Shown here piece by piece: positions 11,001 through 25,110 of a stretch of 64,000 nucleotides of DNA (its first letter is position 1; each line of letters starts with the position of its first letter). Both the position numbers and the translations under genes were made by a program. The stretch is taken from the NCBI RefSeq assembly GCF_006345805.1, contig NC_042998.1, positions 41,106,001-41,170,000 on the forward strand, read 5' to 3'. The DNA is from Octopus sinensis (lineage: Eukaryota). Under the pieces are notes generated by a model. That model made no database searches, had not been told where the DNA came from, and was given only the letters and a program-made list of their open reading frames with translations.

Positions 11001-14000
11001 CAGATCTAGTTATAAAATTTAATGTTACAGCTGATCATTATTTTATTCTAAATTTCATTGTCGAAGTAAAGTATTTTTTAAAGATGTTTTGTAAAAACTG
11101 ATTTGTTACAGTTATGATTCAGTTTGTGAAACAATGTTTGTATTGGTATCATCCATTATTATCCTCCATGTAATGCACATGTAAAATTGTTGTAGTCACA
11201 CACACTAGTTATTTCTCAGTTATTGTCTGAACAGTAAACCTTTCTTGTAAAAGTAATGAGGAGGTTCTTTCAATTGATATAAATAGGTAATTTTTGATAT
11301 GTCGGTTAAAAAGTTAACCTGAATATGCATTGTTAAGAAGAGATGATATTAATTAGTACTTGTTTAGAGTGATAAACTTTTACTGAAACAGCAGATAGAG
11401 TGATACAAAAGTAAGAGTAGTAGTAGTATTAAGTTTTGTGCTGACAGTTCTCAGCTCAAATACAACATATTTTCCAGGCTTTGTATTGGTGTTGATTTAT
11501 TCTGCTATGGAAATTAGTTTCTTAGTTTGCTTTTGATATTGTTTTCAAAAGCAGGATTTTGAATTTCATACAAACATTCTATATTTCTTTTATAGCAATG
11601 AAAATATAAATATATAATTAAAAATAAAATCATACCTGCTTCAGATAATTTTTGTTTAAACAAAACAATTGTTATTTATGTTGATATATTTGATTTACTG
11701 AATACAAACAATATATATATATATATATATATATATGGGAACAGCTGGGATGGGGACTGTGATAATAACATGCTTCTTTGTATGCACACTGATGTAAATA
11801 ACATGTAAACATGTGCATAATTACAAACTGCAATGTATGAAAAGTGTATTATGTGTAGATATACGCTTGTTAAATGTAATATATATGATGCATTTGGAAG
11901 CAGTTTGATTTATAAGAAATTTATAATTTGTAACAATGATGTAGAAAGGACTTTTTATACATATGGATGCAAAATTAAAAGGTGAAATTAAAGGTTTTTT
12001 TACAATAAATTATCAGTATAAAATAAATATTATAGTTAACTTTTTCCAAGATGTTCCAGTTTGGGCTTGGTATACATTATACATACTAAATGCTTGTAAA
12101 TATAAGCTTGTTAATCTATTGAAATAAACATATGTTGAAGATAAAAACAAGCACATATAGCATCAATAAAAGTAATGTAGTAGAATATAGATATAGTTTG
12201 ATAACCAAGAAACTATTCATTGTCAGCTGCACTATTGTCTTTGCAAACACTCTCATCTATTAACTTGAAGGCAATGTTTCTTGACCATAAAGGTGCCAGT
12301 TCCCTGACCCAAAGCTATAAGTTGAGAACCTTCCTTAGTTTTCTTTTTATCTAAGACAAGGCAATAACCGAAGCTGTGTGAGTATGTAATTAATCTTAGA
12401 CCATGCAGAAGCTTTGTTAATCAAGCTTACTAGAATTGTGTGTGCATGACTCTCTATCATTCAGTTGGTTAAAATCATAGATTTCTCAGTTGTCCATCAA
12501 CTTTAAGTTAAAATTGTTTAGAGGAAGAAGCAACAACTCTTTTCATGGTATGAAGCAAAATCTGTTTTTTGTTTATGTTTGTTTATTTGTTTTCTCACTC
12601 CATGTATTTGTTTTCACTTTAATTGTGAAACAATGCACCAGACTCTATTCCAGTCATATTGTTGTGCTCTAGCAGGCACATATATAAAAGTGAAACAAGT
12701 TCAGGAACCAATTGTGATTTTCTATTTCAATCATCACACTTCATTTGTTCTTCATGCCTAATTCATCATTGAACAGTGATATAAAGTGGAAGAAGTACTG
12801 TCTCAGTGACCCATTTTCATATATATTCACACAAATATACACATGCATTGCTGCTTGTGTTAATAGTCTGTTTGCATGCACATAGAAGGATCAGTACTTT
12901 TCATCTCATCAACTAGTACTACGTTATTAAGATGTCACTGCACTGTTCAACACTAGTTTAGATACTCCTTTGAATCTTGGTTCTGTTCAGGCTGAATATG
13001 ATTATTAGTATATGACAGGATATCCTACATTACACTTATCATGCGCTTGTTACTAAGTGCATGTGTTACTTGTCTGTTAGTGTATGTGTGTGTGTAAGGT
13101 AGAAAAGTTTAAAGAAATCAAAAGTTGATTTCTCATGCAAACATAGGGAGTTTTTCTTTTTTCAGACTTTGTTAAAAATCTATTTGTCTCTGAAATGCAA
13201 GTTGATTACTATCAAATTTCTCTAGTAATCGACCTACATTTTGTTCAGCAGCCAAATTATGTGAAGAGGGGGAAGTCAGCTTTTGTTACTGTAACAAAAA
13301 TGTTAAAAAACCTTAAAAGATGTTGGTAGAATTTACATTGTTCAACTTATCAATATTGTCATTTCTGTAGTTTTTCTATTTCTAATACTCTGAGATTGCT
13401 GAGAGGTCTTCTCTTTCTACATCTATGAGTACTCAAAATGATAAGATGGTAATTTGTCTTTTGGTCACTAAATGTGATTTTAATTTCATTGTGTATTTGA
13501 AATTAAATACTTTACAATAAATTACCTACTGAATGACCATATTTCTTATAAAATACAGTACATGCATTTCAATTAATTCTTTTTAATAAGCAAGAATAAG
13601 ATAAATGTTTTTATTATGAAGCTAGTGTTTAGAATATAGCTGAAGAGATTCTTACATAAAATTGTGATGGACAATTTTAATTCAGATATAAATATTTTAG
13701 AATATGGTTTTAGGAGAGTTGGTATAAAGAAAGTGTGAGCAAATACAAGTTAGTTGAGAAGTGAACTGGTGAGTGTGTTAAATATATTGAGGCAATATGA
13801 CTCTCCCCTGACCAACAAATTTAATGATGTATTGTCCTTTATTATCTATATACTCTTAAATCAGCTATTTAAAAAAAATCTTTAAGATAATTTACAAAGG
13901 ATTTAACTCATTGAATAAGGAGAAGCAATCTTTGATATTTTCGAAGCTTGAATTCGCTTTAAAATATATATATATATAAAAAAACTTTTTATTGATTAAA

Positions 14001-17000
14001 ATTTGCCTTCCCTATCTACTGTTTAAATTGGTAGAGCTCTAAGTACTTTACTAAACCATCCCATTTTTTTAATGATAATGTTAACAATGATTAATTGTAC
14101 AATATGAAACTTTTGTCACTGAATATATGAATAATGTCAGATTACTGATTAAATCTCAAAGAACATAAAAGCAAGCTAATTGAAATCTAAACACCAAAGT
14201 TCAACATTACAAATCTGTTTATAAATGTCACATAAAAAATAAATTCTTCAAAATGATCATCCCATTTATACATAAATTTTCTTTGTCTCATGCTCAACAC
14301 AATAAATGGTGTTTCAGTATTTTAAGAAAGCCAGCATATAGCCTCACAGAGGGGATAGTTTGTTTTTTGTTGTTTATATAGTTGATGATATCAAGAGCAA
14401 GAAATCTCTCTCTCACTCTCTCTCTTCCTCTCTCTCTCTCTCCCCCTTACAACTTAACTTAGCACTAAACACTTTTGCTTAGTTTTAAGAACATGCTGCA
14501 ATTAAGCTTTAAGTCATGCCTGAATTTACATTTTTTAAATACATTTTATGATCTAAATTGATTCCTGTTGGTTTAAAAAAATCGGCAAAAAAATTAAATG
14601 AACCTGCAGTAGCATATTCTAATAAAATAAATCACAGATACCTGTATAAAGTAATTTTTTTTTTAATGTTTAAATGTGCAAGGAAATAATTTTAAAGTGT
14701 AAATTTTCATTGGATCCATCTTACTAGATAATATTTCTTATAGTCTTCAGTATAACACTAAATTCTGTTACTAACAATCTTATTCTTCCATGCACACTCA
14801 CACATTGAAGCAGGTTCACCAGAATTATCTAATAAGTAATTTTATAACTATATTAAAAATATTACTAATAGTTTGTTCTTAAAAAGTGTATAAGACTACC
14901 ATTATTGAGAACATGCTGTAACAAATACTGATCATTTTTTTTTTACCTTTTAAAATAAAATTATAATTGATGTAAGTCATCTGGCTGATATTCTACACAA
15001 TATTTATTCAAGAGAATCTGACAAACTAACACTTCAGCCTTCAAAAAGTAGTACATTGATGTTTTTAAATACTTTACTTCTTGAGACAGTTATCTTAGAG
15101 ATTTGCTAGCTTCCTAATCTATTTGATACAATTAAGCTATAAGTAGTTTCTGTATTACACACTAATCTATATCAGTGAAGAGCAAATGAAGAACATTTCC
15201 ATAAAATTTTCTTTTCGGTTGCTTTTAAAAAATCTTTTAAGAAGTTGTGTTGCTATTTAACTTAGAAGCTTAACACATGAAGAAAATATTCATTAAATTA
15301 ATGGTTTATTAATATAAATCATACTTTATCCCCTAATTATTGATTCAGTCTAGCCTGTAATTCTTTGTATATGTATTGAAAATTTCATGTGTGAGATAAT
15401 GTTATCAAATCTCAAAGAAATATTTAAGATTGAAAATGTTACAAGGGAAAGTCACATAAATTCATATTGAAGCAAGCAACTAAAATGGTAATAAATATAT
15501 AAAAAGGTTAGCATTTATGGAACATAGAATTGTGATTTGACTACTTTTAATAGAATAGTTAGAGTGGTTTTAAAAGCTTAGAACAACTAAGCCAAAAACA
15601 ATAATAATTACTGCGAGATAGAAACCAGAATAAAGTAAGCATCTTGTATTAAAGGTTTTTAGAATGATAAAGGTAGAAGTGTAACATGTGAGATGTATCT
15701 TCTTTTCTTGTGAAGACAATATCAAATTCATAGTTAATTTGATACAAATCATATGCCTGCCTTTTGAAACTTCCACTCTGTCGTGTGAGTTTAATCATAT
15801 CTGTAACAATGATTGCATGATACTAGGTTTTGAAAATCTTAATTTGGCAGTTTAACACTGATGCACAGGAAAAGAAAGAGAGAAAGAAGAAAAAAAATGT
15901 AGTTGAAGTAACAACATTGTCAATGTACCACAGAACCAGTTCAATGGTCAATTCTATATGTTATTGATACTGAACTGCATCCTCAACAGAGACATTAAAC
16001 ATGCAATAGTTCAATCCATTTACCTGTTAATACCTATGGGTTTGCAGCAGGAGCATTGGGAAATTCATTAGTACTGCTATAGTAGGCTACTTGAGAGTAA
16101 GCTGGCTATCAATATTTTAAGCATTTTAGAAGAGACCTCTTCGATATGACTACACAACACATTTTTACAATCTGGATCTATTGAAAGTGCACACCAATCT
16201 TAAAATAACAACAAGATATTTTATCCAAAAGAAAATATCGAGTACTGACTTGGAATGGTTGAACTTCTTTGCTCTGTATGTGACCAAAGGCATATTGAAT
16301 ATCTGCTTCAATTTGTACCTACTCTCATAGTACAAATCCATGAGTGGTAGAAAGTTTTTTTTTTCTTTTTCCTTCTTTCCTGAAATTTATTAAAAAAAAT
16401 TTGTATCAAATAAAAGATTAACATTTCTAAAGAAAATTCAATTTGAATTGAATTTCAGAAAAGTATAGTTTTTTTTTTTTTTCGTATTTTTTTCTTTTTT
16501 TCTTTTGAAAAATATCAATATGTTTTTAGATTGTTTGCAATTTTCATAAATAGTTTCTCAAAATATTTTTTAAAATGTTTTTCCCAGTTTATATTGTTGT
16601 TTGATATTAATGGTTCTTATGTTTCCCACCATCACCATTTTATATAAAAATTACATAAATGTACAATTTATTTGTGAAAATTTTTATAAAAGAATTTTTA
16701 AATTGTTTTAAATAACCTTACTCTTTTTCAAATCCTCTTTATCCCTTTACAGATTTTAGAGAAAGATATTTAAATAATATGTTTGAAATTGCAATCAAAT
16801 AAAATTTATTGGAATTTATAATAAATTTGGTTGCTTAATTTATAAATTTCTGACACAGGATGGTAATTCAGGGATGGGAAGAACATCTAAAAATGGGTAG
16901 CACTCATGATGTTTTTAGACCACTTCTATGATAAAGTCAATGCAGTTGATATTCAGCTTGCAATTGTACAGTTTCTACCTATAAGAGCAACATACCCCCC

Positions 17001-18059
17001 TCCCCCCCCAAAAAAAAACATTTGAGAGGTCTGAAGTTTTGGAGATAAAAGAATTTAAACAAAAATTTTAGTACTGAAGTTCTTGGAGAAATACAACTTA
17101 AATTATGAGAGGAGGATAGTGAGTGCTTTAAGTGGATTTAGAAAAAGATGATATGCAGCTTGTGATTTCATGAGAAAAGAAGTTATTGCTGCATCAGAAA
17201 AATGGTAAATGGAAGATCTGTGTCAGTAAGCTAGCAATTTCAGTATGTCTGTAAGCCAGTCTTTGCTAATCAATTGGAAGGCTTTATTTTGGATGTTATT
17301 TAGAATGTTTGTGCTGCAGCTGCACTATCTTAGTGTGATCATTACACAGGTCTTATTATAGCATTCCAGTTGGTGAGAAACTTGTCAAATCTAAAGTATT
17401 CTTTGGCCTTAAAGAGGAAGCTGAAAGTGTAATTTTTTTGGTTAAAGTATCAACTATATTACAGAATGTAAAACCATTATGAAAATTTGTTAGGCTTGGT
17501 GTTTATAGCAAATTTTCGAATTTTATCTTTGTTTTCCTTAAGTGCAAGAGTCATAGTGTTGCAAGACTGTTCCTTAGTTATGGATAGCAATTGTGTTGAG
17601 AGGATTTTATTTAACACTTTTGATACTTATATTCTAAGATAGAATAAACACTTATTGATACAGATGTCTCTAGTATCATTTATAAACTTCACTACTTAAA
17701 GTTTCTGGACTTCATTCTTCTTAAGTGCTTAGTGTAACCCAGTTGTTATTATTGTCATTAATAATAATGTTTTTTCCACTTCATCGACATAGATAACCTA
17801 AGAGAGGTAAACACCATGCAGTTTATTTTCTCTCTTGTGTATATGAAAAATAATAGCAACCATCTGTCTTCATAATAGCAATCATCTGAGCTTCTATATC
17901 ATTTTAACAAAATGTTTGTATATGTTAAGTCCTCACTGGATCATCTTATACATAATAAATCTTTAAATTGTCTCTATTCATCATCATTTAATGTCTGCTT
18001 TCTATGCTGGCATGGATTGAATTTGAATAACTAATTAACTTTTCCTTGTAATAAATTAT

Positions 18060-18280
18060 GGGTAGTTGATTAGCAGAAATGTCTCAGACAAAATGCCTAA
18101 TTGCATTTTTTTTTTGTTCATTGTATTCTAAGTTCAAATCCTTTCAAAGTCATCTTTGCTTCCATTCTCTCTGGTTTCGTAAAATAAAGTACCAATCAAG
18201 AGCTGGGTCTGGTTTAATCAACTGACCTCTGCACCCAAATTTTCTTCCTTGTGCCTATGTTAGAAAAATTATTATTCATA
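18060..18280 (+). mobile_element. short tRNA-derived SINE with (ATT)n tail, degenerate
   Basis: 'aagttcaaatcc' B-box-like motif, 'aaagtaccaatcaag..ctggg', ending 'ccttgtgcctatgttagaaaaattattatt'. Same family as 55431-55611. Confidence 0.6.
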
Positions 18281-18901
18281 CTGTACCTGTTGTATGAATT
18301 TAAATTCCAACCAGCCTCAAAATAATGTGCCTTATATATTTGTTGGACAATATCCCGATAAATTAGCTCCCTCTTCTTTTCAAAGAAAATATCTCATTTT
18401 TTAAATACTAATCATATTTTGATTTCAATCTTCTAACATTATGATACAAACATGGAACACTCACATGCAGTACTTGGGGTTTTCCAGCTGGCCACAAGTG
18501 CTGTATATAATTGTTCCTTGTCTGATAATATATTAGATATATTCCTCTATTCTAATGATATTGAGGTCTAATTCTTTTGTTGTTACATGTATAGTTAATC
18601 ATTGTGTGTGCATATGTACACACACAAAATTTATAAATATTGTGCTCAGATTGAGAGTGCTCTGTGGTTTGTAATTGTTATTGCCAACAAAAAAAAAAAA
18701 AAAAATTAACGAAAGTAGCACTTCAATAAATAATTATACTCTACTTTTGTATTGCATATTTTCCCTTGTTTCTTATTAACTCAAATATACACACATATCA
18801 CAAACATATTTGTATATAGTGTGTGTGTGTTTATGAAAGAGCGATGATTATAAATAAATATTTTTTTGTATGATGCATTTAATCTTATTTTGTTTCATCA
18901 G

Positions 18902-19060
18902 AATCTTCAAATGGAGTTAAACCATTTACGCTCTGAGGTTGATGACGTACGAGATTCTGCAATTTCTTTAATAACAAAGAGTGATCAATACAAGAAAATG
19001 GTAGAGCCAGAATTGACACACCTTAACCAAAGATGGGAAGAAATTTCTTTGAAATTGAAG
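18902..19060 (+). CDS. DMD: dystrophin internal exon A (53 aa, spectrin repeat; equivalent to human DMD exon 37)
   Basis: Acceptor ttgtttcatcag, donor AAG|gtatgc, phase 0-0. NLQMELNHLRSEVDDVRDSAISLITKSDQYKKMVEPELTHLNQRWEEISLKLK aligns with recalled human RLKAELNDIRPKVDSTRDQAANLMANRGDHCRKLVEPQISELNHRFAAISHRIK. Confidence 0.9.
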
Positions 19061-19954
19061 GTATGCTTTTGCATAATGTGAATAATATAAATTTAATTAA
19101 CTGTATTATTGCATGCAATGTTATGTATATGATTTAGAAATATGCATGAATGTAATGAAAAGGCACATCAGGAATAGAGAGCAGGACAGTGTTTTTATCA
19201 TCAGTTCTGTAAATTAAATGCAACATTTATTGAGCTTTTCTGCTTATAGCTTCCTAGTGATTATCATGGTACATGGTATCTGGAATCTCAGGACATAAAA
19301 TGTGTGCTGTATATAAAAAATTGTAGGGAATTTTGCTACTCTATTTATAGGCTGAGTTACTTATGTAGATGCTCTTTTTATATGTAGATGCTCTTATCTT
19401 GATAATATTCTCAGGTGAAGTAATAATCTAGAATCTAATATTGCACTTTTATTTTATTACTATATACTATGCTTTGCAAGATGCTATGTTGTGCAAGACT
19501 TACTGTAAATATGTAAAGACAACTTTAAGAAAAATATTTTAACTCATCATATGGACACTGTTGAAACCACTGTTTCCTGCAGGCTATATTTTTCACTCAG
19601 GTTAGCCGCTCACTTTGTAGTATCATTATCAGTATTGCTATTCAAAATTCGAATATTCTCTGAAAATTTCCTCACATAATTCCTTCCAAATACCTACACA
19701 AAAAGTTTTATTTTATTTTCTTAACATAAATCATTTGTTAACATTTGTAAATAATTTTATATTTAAAGGGAAAAAAATTCTGTTTATATTGCATGCCACC
19801 AGATGTTACCATATATCTGAAATATATTATATATTATTATAAATGTAATGTAAATAACTGGCAAATGAAATTAATCAAATGGTTTTATATATATATCTTT
19901 CTTTATGTAGTTTAATGATGTTTATTAAATCTTTTTTTTTATAAGAAGGCTAAG

Positions 19955-20290
19955 TTATCTCAGTAATCTACAATGTTGATTTTTCAGGCCTCTGTGCCAC
20001 AAAAGCAATTGATTTTTCTGTAGCAAGCTACCAGAATGCTTTGACCATGTTTTTTCTAACCACACCTTTACATTTATATTATCAATCCACTTCTTGTCAT
20101 AAAAATTTCCATGAATTCCATTTGGATGTTCATTCCTTTGCCAAGTTTTCTTGAAAATTAGCAACAATGATACTTTGCTGTCATTAGCATAGTCAGCTAA
20201 AACTGTCACGTATTTCACTCTTTGCACATTCACACTTTTATGGTATAGTATGAGTGGGCCAGCTCCAAGGCTTGCTTTTCATTTTCTTGT
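19955..20290 (-). mobile_element. pogo-family (POGK-like, DDE_1) transposase fragment
   Basis: YVTVLADYANDSKVSLLLIFKK...PNGIHGNFYDKKWID...KVWLEKTWSKHSGSLLQKNQLLLW matches the pogo pattern FTVVLAC.ADG.KL...VIFK...GWM....W...VW..RPG.L.....LL.WD. Degenerate. Confidence 0.8.
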
Positions 20291-22929
20291 TGTTGGATAT
20301 TTATGTATCAGTTAAAAAATATAACATTATTAGAAAAATAACATCATCCCCATCCTGTTAAACCAATCTTCCTGTTAAATGCACAATATATGGTTACTTT
20401 GTGTGTCCTCCCTTCCCTCCACTTTCTGATATTTCTTTTTTCTTCTCTTACTACACCTTTAATATGGTTTTAGGAAGTAGGTGAAAAAAGAGAGCAAAAG
20501 TTACATAATATAATTGAGTAGGAGCAAGTCATATGTACACCACAAGGAAATTTAGATGGCTAATATATTTTCTGCAATTTGAAACAAATTTTTTTTAATC
20601 AAAGTAAGCACACTAATTTGGCTGTTGATTTAAAAACATCACTTTCACTTATGTCATTCAGCAGTTTCTCTCATGAATTATTTTATGTAGTTGTTCTGTT
20701 TTGTTTTTGTTATAAACGTACAAGTGTGCACACACACATGTGTGTATGTCTGTGCACTCATATATATATATATATACACACACACAGGGGGAGGGGGGCT
20801 AGAGAGAGATAAATATACAACTTGTTTGTCATTGGTGGTATTTGGGGTTGCAATTAAGAATTTTGTTGTTTGGGAGGCTGTGATGGCATCAGATCATCTA
20901 CAGTTATTTGTTGTTCATTGTTGCTTGAACTGAGTGTGAGAGGATATATAAAGTTAAATAATGTAAGTTAATCATTTAGATGGAGATGATGATGATACTA
21001 ATGTATCAAAAGTAATTATTACGAATGACACCATTGTTTTAGCATTACTAATTTTGGCAGTCCTTAAGTTTAGGATGTCATTCCAAGCAGGAAAAAAAGA
21101 TTGAGTTGTTGGTTGCCAAACAAAATGATGCTAACAACAAAAGTGATGTTCAAAACTAGTCATGGATAAACTGTGGCCCTTAAATGCTCCTTACTTCTAG
21201 AAATATACTTAGTCCACTAATTATGTAAAATATTTTGATTATGAAACAAAGTTGCCAATTACTCAGAATACTTCAGCGTAAACAATGTTGTTGATCATAG
21301 ATAGACTGCATTAAGCAATGAAGTACAGCACATGAATATGTGTATCCAGCCACACCATCATGATGTACACTCTGCATGCATATAGAATATTGTTGTTACA
21401 AGAAAGATATCAGATAAAAAAAGATTTTAAGCTTGACCAAGCACTTGTTAATTCACCTAATAAACTCATTTTCACTTTTGGTAAAGTCATCTACTTCAGT
21501 GATCCTACCAGTCTTCTTTCTCCTGTAATAATATTATAAGAGTTAATTCTTCAGTGCAATATTCAAAGAGTAAGGAGGGGACACTGTCTGTACTGTCTGT
21601 TTTGTTGGTTTAGAGTAATCATAGTTTGAATGCTTTGTGTTTGTTCTGATCTAATGGAAGGCATAATAAGAATAGTGTTATACTATCAATTTTGTCTGAT
21701 GTTACACTTACTAAAAGAAAGTGAAGTGTCGGTATATAGCATACAATACCTATGAAAAGTTTGTTTGCTGTAACAAATAATTGATTCTTATACTTCATCT
21801 TAGATTCATATTTTCACTTAGATCTAGAAATATCATAATTTTCACATCATATATTTTTTCTTCATTATTGTTTAGTTTATCTATCAAAACAATACGATAA
21901 TGTTTTATAGTCGGCCAACTGTCCCTGAACTGAAATAGTAGCCAAATTTTTTTCAAATAACTCCCTATAAATTTCTCAGTTGTAATGGTATGTAGAAAGT
22001 CAACATCTTACAATTAAATTCTCTCAGAAAAGAGAGGATAACTACAAAATAAAATGCTGATCAAACAGTAAAATTAAGACCATAAGAATATCCTTGATAT
22101 TTCACTTCTGCTGAGTATGTGGAAAAATTTCTATTAGTTCATGTGTGTACTTGATTTCTGGATTAATGTCAGATCATAAAATGATATATGATGCTATAAA
22201 GAACATGCTGAGGAATGCATGTGATGCTATTTCTAAATAATAAGTTTCTTTTATTTTTAGTGGTATTCATTAAAAAGAGATACCGTGAAAGATTTCTAGG
22301 TTACAGTTATGTTTATTGTTTGATGGGTTGTAGTTGGTAGTGGGGAAGTCAAGTAAAAATTATCATTTTATTAGTAGCTCTTAGTGGAAATGTGTATGAG
22401 AATTAGTGCAAGAACTGATTATATGCTACAGCAAACCTATCTTGGCATTTCGTGGTTACTTACTATTAATGTCTCCCTTGCAACCATAAAACTGTACTAA
22501 ATAGGAATTAGCTTCTATCTCCCTCTACCTAACCCATGGTTTTGAGGTGCAGTCCTAATGTAGGGCTGCTGATTTATAGCCTCCTAAACCTCCTTCCACA
22601 GAAACTGTATAACCAAGGAGCTGCTTTCTTGCCTGTCTATTATTAGTTTGAAGATTAATCCCTGTGATAATCAGCAGAGAGATACATGAAACAACCTTCT
22701 CAGGGATAACAGTTGCTTATATCAACAAACTTGATTGGGACAGTGCAATGTGTGGGTGTGCACAAGAGAAACAAGTAGTATTTAATCATTTAAAATTCCC
22801 CCCTACCCTTGTACTGTCATTATTCATTAATGATGGGTTGTGGATGATTATAAATATAGTTGTATATAAAAATGATTTATAGAATTTGTTTCACAGAACA
22901 GTGTTTCGAAAGTTAATTTGGAGTTGTTC

Positions 22930-22969
<40 letters not shown>

Positions 22970-23131
22970 TTAACCAGATGAGGGAATGCAGTGTCCATGA
23001 CCTTCACAAGCCTTCCCAAATTGGCATGATGAATGCAGTTGATATTCAGTGTAAACATCTGTGGATCTGTCAACCAGAAACATGAGAGAGAGGAGGGAAT
23101 AGATTCCAGAGGATTGCAGTTCTGGAGTACA

Positions 23132-25110
23132 ATCATCATCATCATCATTCGTTGTCCATGCTGGCATGTCCTCGGCTGTCATAGCCCATGTTTCACTGTC
23201 ATGCAGCATGGCTGTTCACACACAGGCATCAAACAATCCCTTTGTTGCCAGCAGGGGTAGGAGCTCTCTGAACTTTGCCCAGCCTAATCTTATTCTCAAA
23301 GTTATGCTCTCAGAGCATCCACCTCCACTACTTACTTGGTAACTTAGTTAACAGAAGTTATCTACTACCTCTAGCTTGCCCCCCTGGCAGTTGATGGAGT
23401 CTATTTTCTGCATATTTTCAGCATTTATTGTGCCTGTGCACCTAACACATACAAAAGTTAGTTTCCCTGTTAGCCCCCAGACCTCTGATGTTGCTGCACC
23501 TTTTATATGCCCAAAGCTTTCACTGGGTGCATCTTATGGAGTTTCTACCTACACCTTTTCTACAGGGCCATCTATCTGAAGGGATTTGTGATTTGTCTGC
23601 CTTCTTACTATGACTTTGGTTTTTGCTAGGTTAACTCTAAGGTCCTTTGATTCTAGACCTTCCTTCCATACCTGGAATTTCTTCTAGTTCAGGTGGTGAT
23701 TTAGCTATAGGAGCAAGGTCATCAGCATAGATAAGCTTTCAGGGGCAGCCTGTCATGAATTCCTCTGTTATTACCTGGAGAACTATGATGAACAAGAGGG
23801 AGCTGAGCACCAATCGTTGGTGAACCCCTACTTGTACCTGAATTGTTCGCTGTACTCCTTGCCCACTCTCACCTTACTGGTAGTGTACCTGTACAAGGCT
23901 TGTACAGCTCTCACCAACCACTCATCTATCCCTAGTTTCCACACCCCCTGATATTTTAAGCATCTCAGCAGTGATTCCTGATGGGCCGGAGGCTTTCCCT
24001 GTCTTCACACACATAATTGCTTTATTTTGCAGGGTACTGTCTCTTCGCGTAGCTGGTCCTTCAATTAGGTCAACATTTGGCAGACTCTTCTCCTATTCAT
24101 TCTCCATGTTCAGTAGTATTTCATAATGGCATTTCCAAGCCTCTTTCTTTGCAGACTCATTAAAAGCAAGTGCACCATCACCCATGCAAACACATTTCTC
24201 TCCTATAGCATCACAATTTTCTCTCAGACACTGTCTTGCAATCTGAAATACTTCAGTTCTTTGGTCCTCACAGTGCTGAATATGAGCAACCTTTGTCTTC
24301 ACAGCTTCTCCCTTGGGTAGATACACCTGTCTTCTAGCTTCCCTTCTGGCTATCTGATACAGTTCCCTGCTGCCCTCACTCTTACAGGCCTGTTTCTTTG
24401 CTCTAATGGCCCTGTCTACAGTATTGTGCCACCATCACATTACTCTAGGTTTGGAAGGGACTCTGCACCAGCCACAGATTTAGTCTATGGCACTCAGCAA
24501 GCTATCTCACAGGAATTCCCAGTTGCCCTCTATGTCACAAGTTTGTAGCTCCTCTACAGAGTCTAAAGTTGCTAATGACTAGTCTATGTTGTGGAGTACA
24601 TTCTTCACCAGGGAGGGTCTTTGTATTTAAGAGCAACCATGCATCCCACTGTTATTTGCATTACAGAACTCCAGTAGCCTTGTTCCCTCTTTGTTTCGGG
24701 AACCAATTCCATGAACACCATGGAAGATATCAGGCTGCTGTACAATGCACCCATTGAAATCCCCAGCCATGAAGATTAGATCATTGCTACCCATTTTTGA
24801 GGTAGCCTGCAGAAGAATGTCATAAAAGTGGTTCCTCTGTTCGTTTGGTAGGCCTGCTTGTGGGGCATAGGCAGATATAATTGTAGCTATACTATTCTGC
24901 AAGACTAGCTTGAGCTTAAGTACTCTGTTGCACACTCTGACTACCTCTATGATCTTATCCATCCATTTCTCTGCAAGAAGCATGCCCACACCACCTACTC
25001 TGTCATTGCTACCTTCCCAGAAGATTTTATACCTATGTGTCTTGTCTGTGAGGAACTTGGCTGAAGCTCCTCTCCACCTTACTTCTCAGATGCAGGATAC
25101 ATCAACTCAT
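23132..25110 (-). mobile_element. RTE-clade LINE, internally deleted and decayed
   Basis: APE endonuclease motifs (IISAYAPQAG, IFMAGDFNG), later ORF2 parts (KEAWKCHYEILLN, MLHDSETWAMTAED) and a (GAT)n tail seen as (CAT)n at 23132-23148. Multiple stops and frameshifts. Confidence 0.9.

Noticed and set aside
12356-12377. 22-nt mini-exon candidate (taag|ACAAGG...GCTGT|gtgagt)
   Set aside because: The acceptor is a weak AAG, the length is not a multiple of 3, and it needs a phase-2 upstream exon while neighbouring exons are phase 0.
15740-15790. Donor-like gtgagt at 15785 as the end of an alternative first exon
   Set aside because: There is no in-frame ATG or acceptor upstream, and a stop lies 14 codons before the donor.
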